Source: Catajapyx aquilonaris (taxonomy: Eukaryota). Taken from it: 64,000 bases of DNA. A program made the translations under genes and the position numbers. How positions within the stretch are numbered: the stretch's first letter is position 1; every line of letters begins with the position of its first letter. This document shows, one piece after another, positions 1 through 64,000 of the stretch. The stretch spans positions 1 to 64,000 of the forward strand of contig KZ538125.1 in NCBI GenBank assembly GCA_000934665.2, given 5' to 3'. The notes below the pieces were generated by a model. The model searched no databases. It had not been told where the DNA came from and was given only the letters and a program-made list of their open reading frames with translations.

Positions 1-96
1 TATAGCCATAATTATTGCAAAGATTACTACCAAATCAATGGGTCACTCCTATGGAAAAGTATTTCATAACCCGAGCAACGCCGGGTATCCTGCTAG
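1..96 (+). mobile_element. 3' end of a Helitron (rolling-circle transposon); 5' part lies outside the window
   Basis: GC hairpin CCCGAGC-AAC-GCCGGG (70-85), then 7 nt, then CTAG (93-96) followed by T. This is the canonical Helitron hairpin + CTRR|T terminus. Confidence 0.7.
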
Positions 97-727
97 TATA
101 ATATAAAGCCATGGTAATGGGGCATTTGTTTGTCTTGTTTAAAAAAAATTACCAACAAAGTGGAAGGCTCAAACATGGTAGTACACTCATTGCCTGAGAC
201 TTGTATGTGCCCAAAATAATTTTTTAACGCCATAAAATTGGAAACGGAAGGGGTGGGGTGGGGAAAGGAGCATTTTCCCATTCCAATGGAGCTGATTGCG
301 GCTGATTGCCAGATTCCTCTCTGATACCCCGACCACATCAGACCAGGACACCCAAGCACCGTCAAACCGAAGAGAAGCTCATCTGTTTATATCCAAGTGA
401 CTGCTGACCTAGCTGTCATCTCAGCAGGAATGTAAGTAACATTGACACCCGACACAAGGCAGTTTAACTAAAGTTCGGCCGCCTTGTACGAATATTCCAA
501 GAGAATGCTCTCTCTGCATCTGAAGGTTCAAAACTTTCCCCAGCCCTCCTGGCTGATCATTTAGCGCGACTCATCGTCACCTGTGAGGAGGGCAACAGGT
601 GCATCGTCCACAAAGAGAATGCCAATGGCGTGATTGTTGCTCACTTCCGGCCCTTTCAATGCTGCGGGGAGTGGACAAAAGGCCTGCCGGGGATCCAATG
701 GAGCCGGGGACCCTGCATGGCATGCAT

Positions 728-753
728 ACACACACACACACACACACACACAC
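728..753. repeat. (AC)13 microsatellite
   Basis: Read directly from the sequence. Confidence 0.9.
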
Positions 754-2870
754 TCTTTGCCTGCTTCCCTGCCGGCCGACGCTGAATGACATGTAATGGT
801 CGTCAGGTCGGCTGTATTTCATTATGTATACTTGAGAGGCCCGAGCGGTGGTTGAGCTGGACCGAATCGCCAGGGATTATGCGGTGAATTGGCCAGGATG
901 AATCGGTATGCCCGCAACCCTAATTGTAGGAGCTGGGTTGACGGAGAGGACGTAGAAAAAATCCATGCAGGACTATTTTTGTGCCTATGAGGAGAGGGGG
1001 AAAAAATAAAGGGAACCGACTATGTATTATCCTTTTTTTTACGAGTACGTAGTTAAAGATGGCAAGCCTAAGAATTGAGCCTACTTACTTCCAGTGATGA
1101 AATTTGCTTCTAATTTAGTAGACAGTTTTGGTAGAAAGCACATTTGCTCCACCGCATATTGAGTCAGATTTCATGGTAAAATTGGCGGTTGGTTAAATGA
1201 AAGTCAATAGACTCCACATTGCTGAGTGTTTTTTGGTCCTGTCCGTCAGTGAACATGACATTACTGTATTCTAGGTGACACAGTACTGGCCTGTTTGTTT
1301 GCGCTTAAGTCAATAGTTTTTGTTGTATTCCTAAAGCAACATGACCCTTTTTATGCGCATAAGCGATTGCAATCCTTCAAAATACTGTCGGAGGCAGACA
1401 AAACTGGACACCGATTTGTACAGTATGCAATTCACGAACACAAATGAGCTAGAATGAGCGAATATGAAATGAGTCATTTAAAGTAATTACAGCATGAAAG
1501 AATTTATCAGCAGTCAAAATCACTCTCAAACGTCAATTCTATCTTAAACCACAAACAAAATAACAAACGCGTCGCATTACATCAGGCAGCGTAATAAAAG
1601 TACTTCCAACTTACTGTATAGAGTTAATTTTTTTTTGCTCCAATAGCAAATCCCCGCTTTTTATATTCCCAAAGCAGCAATCAAAATTTAAACGAGGTGC
1701 TCTGACTTAACCAGTTCAACCAAAACAGTGCAGCGCTCTATTCATCAATGTCCCGGAGCCAGAATGAAAACAAATTCAGAATATAATAATACACCCGAGG
1801 CTGGTTGGCCAAATACTTCATCAAGTGAGAAAGCAAGAAAAAGCGGCCTAGGGCTTGGATAGAAAGGAAAAGAAAAAGATAAAAAAAATCCAACGCTTAT
1901 TTAAGGTATATCCCTGAGTGGAGTGCAAATTGTGGGAAGGTTCCGCGAAGCTGGCAGCTGTTTAAGAGGTTGAGGTTAGACTAGAGATTCTTCCAAGCTC
2001 CATCGGTGTGGTGTGGCCCACTTTGGAAAGCTTAGCTTGGCAGGCAAGTAGCACATAACTAAGTAGGGCGTAAGGTAGCAGCGGCTGTAGCCTTGCTCAT
2101 TAGCGTCATTAATTCAATTGATAAACCCTCTTTGACAAGTGCTCAGGTGTCTGGCAGAGGCATTAGGGCCATGGGCGCCTAAGGGAGGCCCGAGAGCAAG
2201 TCCGGACAGGACAATCCTCTAATGAAACACGCAGGAAGAGGAATTTGTGTAACGGCCCCTTTTTTTACAGCAACAAAAGAAAAAAAAACTAGCACTTTCT
2301 TAGTTTTCTCGCTGATGAAGCACGTCTGTCTGGGTAATTCCCCAAACATGCTTGGGAAAGCTCTTCTTGTTCTAATATTTTCTCATCATCTGGTGATATT
2401 TTTTTTTTCGCGAGACTTGGTTGACATTTCAGCGCGATGGCGATTTTTTTTTTTTGTTCTCGCCACAAGCGCTGGGGCCGAGATTTGGGTCAAGTCAAAA
2501 TAATGCGGAGTCGACGGATGTTCTGGTCAAAGGCTTTGCGGTGAAAATGGGTCGATTCCGAGGCTGCAAGGACAAGAGGAAATGTACTCACTGCACATTA
2601 TCCGCACAAAGTTGCAGGCACCTCGCGGCCTGCTTTGTCATGCCGCGATTCTGGACGGTACGGTGCCTTTTCATGGGGACTGGGAGCATAGAAAACTATG
2701 GACGATACAGCTTTTCTGGAGATGTCAACTGTGCTGTACAGAGCCTCAGGCTTTGATGTTGATTCTAATAAGAAGAGACACTTGTGGGGATAGTGTATTC
2801 TGAAAGATGTCATAACAGTGCTTATGTGCTTGATCAAACTTTACAGATTATTTCAATGAAAGGTTATATG

Positions 2871-3148
2871 GGAAGGAGTAGGGTTGAGAGGCATCGCGGA
2901 AGGCGGGAGGGTGAGTAGTGGCCGGGGGCAGTGGCTGTGTCGCAAACGCAAGGATGCAAGTAGTGGATTTGGGAAGGGGTATGCTGTACCAACCTAACCT
3001 AACCTTCCTTCATTGTGGATACATACCTATCTTCAGCGGATACACACCTATCCTTCAGCCTGCCTGCTCCGTTTTTGCGACACAGCCACTGCCCCCAGCC
3101 ACTACTCACCCTCAGCCTTCCGCGATGCCTGTCAACCCTACTCCATCC
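2871..3148. mobile_element. MITE-like foldback element with ~75-bp inverted repeats
   Basis: 2871-2946 (GGAAGGAGTAGGGTTGAGAGGCATCGCGGAAGG...GTGTCGCAAA) is the reverse complement of 3074-3148 with about 5 differences. The interior holds (AACCT)3 at 2991-3005 and a ~21-bp direct repeat at 3017-3059. No clear TSD. Confidence 0.75.
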
Positions 3149-5301
3149 AAAAATTCATCATCTCTCTTGACAATCTCTTGCATGAGTTAGCCACTAATTC
3201 ACCTGTTCCACCGAATTTCACCAGCGCGATGCACCATGCATAATAAATTATTACAGCGTCAGAATTGTGCACCCTTGAGGGATAGTTTATGGTATAAGTC
3301 AAGAGCGTCACACAGGTTTCCTAATGAGGGAGGATCAAGTGTCGAGGGGGTGTCCCCGTGGCCAGGAAAGTTTGCGTCGTCAAATGAGGAGTGTAACGTA
3401 CACCCTTGTCGCCTCATTTCTATCGCCTGCATATGCTTTTCATTCATCCGAAATAAGTCCCAGAAAATCATCAATAAAGCACAGGTTAGCCAGGGGGCCT
3501 TGATGAAAAGAGAGGCCCCTTTTACATCCTTTGTTCCGTGTAGTACAGAAGTTTTTGAAAGAGGGTGGGGCTTGTTGGAGAGAAGGCGAAAGCGAATTAC
3601 AGGGTCCCTGGAGGGGCGTTATTTCCGCAAACTCACCGCTAACTAGTTCGTTTATCTTTTTGATAACTTTTCGAGTTGAAAATGGGAGGTGCACGTGGTT
3701 AAATTGGGAACGTCTCTAGGGTTTCGGGTCGTAAAAGAGAGAAAGGTTGAAGAGTAAAACCACTTTTCGTTTTTTTTTCTGTGATATGCTATTTTTTGAC
3801 TTACTGGAGAGCATCATAACAAAAGCAAAGTTTACAGTAGTTTTGTACGAGGAGATCCGACGTGGTCGTTAACTCACGTAGCACACGCACACACGCACCC
3901 GGATCTTTTTATTGAACATTTTTTAAAGAGACGGAGTTGAGGAGTGGCCGTCTGTTGCTTTTCTCACTCACGCACGCACTCACACACACATAACACTCCA
4001 ACTGGTTCTTGGTGGGAGAAAACAACGTATGAACACATTGGTGCAATCAGGAGGTCCGTCTCTGGCCTTCCGTTCACCGGTGTGTGTTATTTGGCTGCTT
4101 CGCACCCGCATTGTTAACATGTCAGGTGCGTGCATAGTTCATGGACTTGGTCCTCTTCGAGATGCGGAAGAAACCGCGGGCACTTGGCTTGCGGTTTTAT
4201 AGTGTCTTTGACCAAACCTGGAGGGTGCTTTTAGGCCCTTTGAAGTCACTTTGGCAGTGGTGGACCCAACTGAAACTGAGCGTTTGTAAGTGGTGTCGGC
4301 AGTAAAACATAATAGACAAAAAAAAAAATCAGACTTTTTGGTCTTATGCTCACTTCATGCGAGTTAACCACAGCTCGGTTCGGGTTTTGCTGCCGAAACC
4401 TGAAGACAGTAGTGTCAGAAAGCAGGACACTCATGTCGTTATACTTGAGTAAGTAATGTCTGGTGGTGTTCAGTAAATTACTTCCAGTTTTTGCCACATT
4501 AACCTTCTCAGGGGAAATGAAAGGTATTATTTATTGGCCATTTCAGTTTGAGGTAAAATATGTTCATAATGCGCATAAAACAACTGTTTATAAATCTCGC
4601 CAGAGTTTAATGCGTTAACTGTGTGTGCTAGAACAATATGTAAAATTTTGCGTAATTTAACAACATTGCAGTAAACAAGAGGTAATGAGAATGTACATAA
4701 TAAAAATTATATAGATATGCATAATCATCATAACAATGCAATAATTGTATCAGGAAAAACCACATAACCAGCATATAATAGAACTCTCAAACTTTTCCTT
4801 ATCCACCGGAAATAGCACGCTTGTGTTGTATTTTAGTACAAATTTTGGTATCCCATTTTTAAATATTTTGATGTGAAGTATAGATGTATGCGATATTTTC
4901 GTGAATGACTGCGGCATAAAGATATAGGCCTACATATGAATGATGGCAGTGTAAATCAGATAAAGTTTTCCTCTAGGGGAAGTTTCTCTTGTGCGCCATT
5001 TTTTCACTGTGTTATTTTGGAAAGTTGACAGAATGTTTTTACGCATTGATATCGATAGTGGCGAGGAATATGCAAATCAATTGAAATCAGTCGGCACTAC
5101 TGGTAAATGCGTAGTAGGTAGTGACGAATGCTTGAGAGGACACTTGTCCGATTGCGAGCCTGGGGAAACAATGTCCTGGAACACTTAAAATATCTATACA
5201 ATATAATGTTCAGATAATGTCAACGTCATTCTCCTCAATAAATATCAAACAAAAATTACCGACTGACGTATCAAGAAGGGTTGTGAAATGGAACTCTCTT
5301 C

Positions 5302-5307
5302 TTTATT
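5302..5307 (-). terminator. Candidate polyadenylation signal AATAAA (further candidates at 4530-4535 and 3908-3913)
   Basis: TTTATT on the + strand about 290 nt downstream of the stop codon. Actual use cannot be seen from DNA. Confidence 0.3.
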
Positions 5308-5596
5308 ATTTTTTACCCACAAAAAGGTGTTAAAAGTCGACTACTAACTTGTGCATGAGACGTCCAGGAGAAAGCCCCTTATGAGGAAGTCTAGGCAAAA
5401 GTACACTTGTGTACAGGTGATTATGACGTTGTTGAGAAGAGGTCGGGGGTAGAACAGAGGTCAGTGGAAAGACATTTCCCACCTAATTTTTTAAAAAACA
5501 CACTTCACCATCACCTACACCACCTCCTTGTACTTTGTTAGTTTCTGGCGCTTAGCGAGGAACGTAACTTACACAACAAACCGTTTTGTATATAGA

Positions 5597-62840
<57,244 letters not shown>

Positions 62841-62844
<4 letters not shown>

Positions 62845-62858
62845 TCTCGCCTCCCCAT
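62841..62858 (-). promoter_or_regulatory. uORF MGRRE* whose TGA overlaps the neuroligin ATG (ATGA overlap)
   Basis: Minus strand reads AAGC ATG GGG AGG CGA GAA TGA. The uATG has A at -3 and G at +4. Confidence 0.55.
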
Positions 62859-62925
62859 GCTTGCTGACCCTTCTTGCGCGCCGCCGACTATTGTTACTGT
62901 TATTATTCTCAGATTACTACTTGTG

Positions 62926-62997
62926 TTACAACGCACGCAGCCCACGGCGCTCCAGAGGCAGCAGCAGCAGCACTGGGGTGTCCTCCTTCTCACGCAT
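62926..62997 (-). promoter_or_regulatory. uORF MREKEDTPVLLLLPLERRGLRAL* in the putative 5' leader
   Basis: ATG 62997 to TAA 62926. Lies downstream of a candidate acceptor AATGCAG| at 63082/63081, which may open the first coding exon. Confidence 0.4.
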
Positions 62998-64000
62998 CAC
63001 GGAGCACACCACCACACCACCAAGCAGAAAAGGTGCTGGTGGGAGTGCGTGGGCGGGCGGGTGGTCGACCGCACCCCAATCCTGCATTGTTCAACAAACC
63101 CTGTGTTGGTTATTCTGTTCGGCTAATATTGGCACCTAACACTCTCAATGTATAACAGTACATGCGTGGGCTTGCTTTTCTTGTAATTAGCTACGGCCAA
63201 CAGCTGCGGGCTCATGTTATGTAACTGGAGTTGTTAGCCTGGTACTGTACAGTGAAACAGGGCCTCCAATATTAGCCTATTTAGGCGGACCCAGTCCAAC
63301 TAGATTAATGCTGCATTATTAATGGCCAATCCTAGAATTTCTTTTACGAAAAAGGCAGAATTAAATAGGTACGATATGCAACAATATTTATATTCAAGAA
63401 CCGACATTGCTGCCTTATTACCCTTTAATAAATTATGATACCAATTAACGAAATGCACTGCTTGCACTAGTTTGTGGCTGAAATTTCTAGAATTGCATAT
63501 TGTAAATTATTCAGTAAACTAATCGTAATTAAGTTTTGCAATTCTCACTAAAAGCGGCAGAGCCAGTGCAACTTCCCGACCTCATAGTCCTCACCAATTT
63601 TGGAGTAGAGTGACTTTTTTTGTGTGTGTGCATCAAGTGCCAAGTGGGCTTCACTTTGCAATGTTGTAAAGTGGCTCCCGCGTTGGAAAATGTTGTGGAG
63701 CCTCCGGGTTAGGTGACCATTAGTCGTAGTAGCCAGCATAACGCTATGAAGCCCCAGCCATAGCAGTGTAAAGGAACGCGCATGAAAGCTGAGCCTTAAA
63801 GCAAGTTTGAATCCAACTCAAGAGGAGGATCTGCTACAAGAGAAGGACAGTCTGGTAGCTAAATCCGAGCTAATAGCCCACGCTGGTAGCGGTGCAAGAG
63901 AACGAGGGCTTAGACTGCATTTGGGAGTCGCCTTTGTCCTGCTCACGACCACAAAATCCCTGTCGGAGGTCACAGGAAACACCCCGACTAATTCCATCAA

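Noticed and set aside
313..790. Plus-strand exon-like pair (CAG|313-431|GTAAGT, then TTTCCCCAG|544 onward)
   Set aside because: All three frames of 313-431 contain stops. The frame reading into the donor stops within four codons of the next segment, and no product is recognisable. A noncoding transcript cannot be excluded.

Overview
This is eukaryotic, almost certainly arthropod and probably insect, genomic DNA. Nearly the whole window is one minus-strand gene, a neuroligin of the arthropod Nlg1 type. I rebuilt its complete CDS by hand from GT-AG exons with consistent phases: 62844-62448, 43243-42989, 30386-30234, 25710-25522, 21950-21310, 16228-16077, 13583-13474, 7235-7089 and 6612-5597. 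That gives 3060 nt and 1019 aa, or 998 aa if a 63-nt in-frame intron at 6117-6055 is spliced out. The exons at 16228-16077 and 13583-13474 are not given in the correct frame by the ORF track. The protein has a signal peptide, an (Ala-Ser)n/poly-Gly linker, a catalytically dead cholinesterase-like domain, a Pro/Thr stalk, one TM helix, a PPxY motif, a His-rich tract and the C-terminal PDZ ligand QEISV. Introns and flanks carry transposon debris: a Helitron 3' end, a MITE-like foldback with ~75-bp inverted repeats, a decayed MULE transposase, a tRNA-derived SINE with a target-site duplication, mariner fragments and many TACAGTA/TACTGTA footprint-like motifs. There is also an unusual palindrome cluster at 53.5-53.9 kb and several candidate enhancer motif clusters. 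I found no evidence for a wholly new multi-gene system. The best leads are the retainable in-frame intron in the cytoplasmic tail, the uORF whose stop overlaps the start codon, and the foldback/inverted-microsatellite structure. Almost all other ORF-track entries are chance intronic or antisense ORFs.
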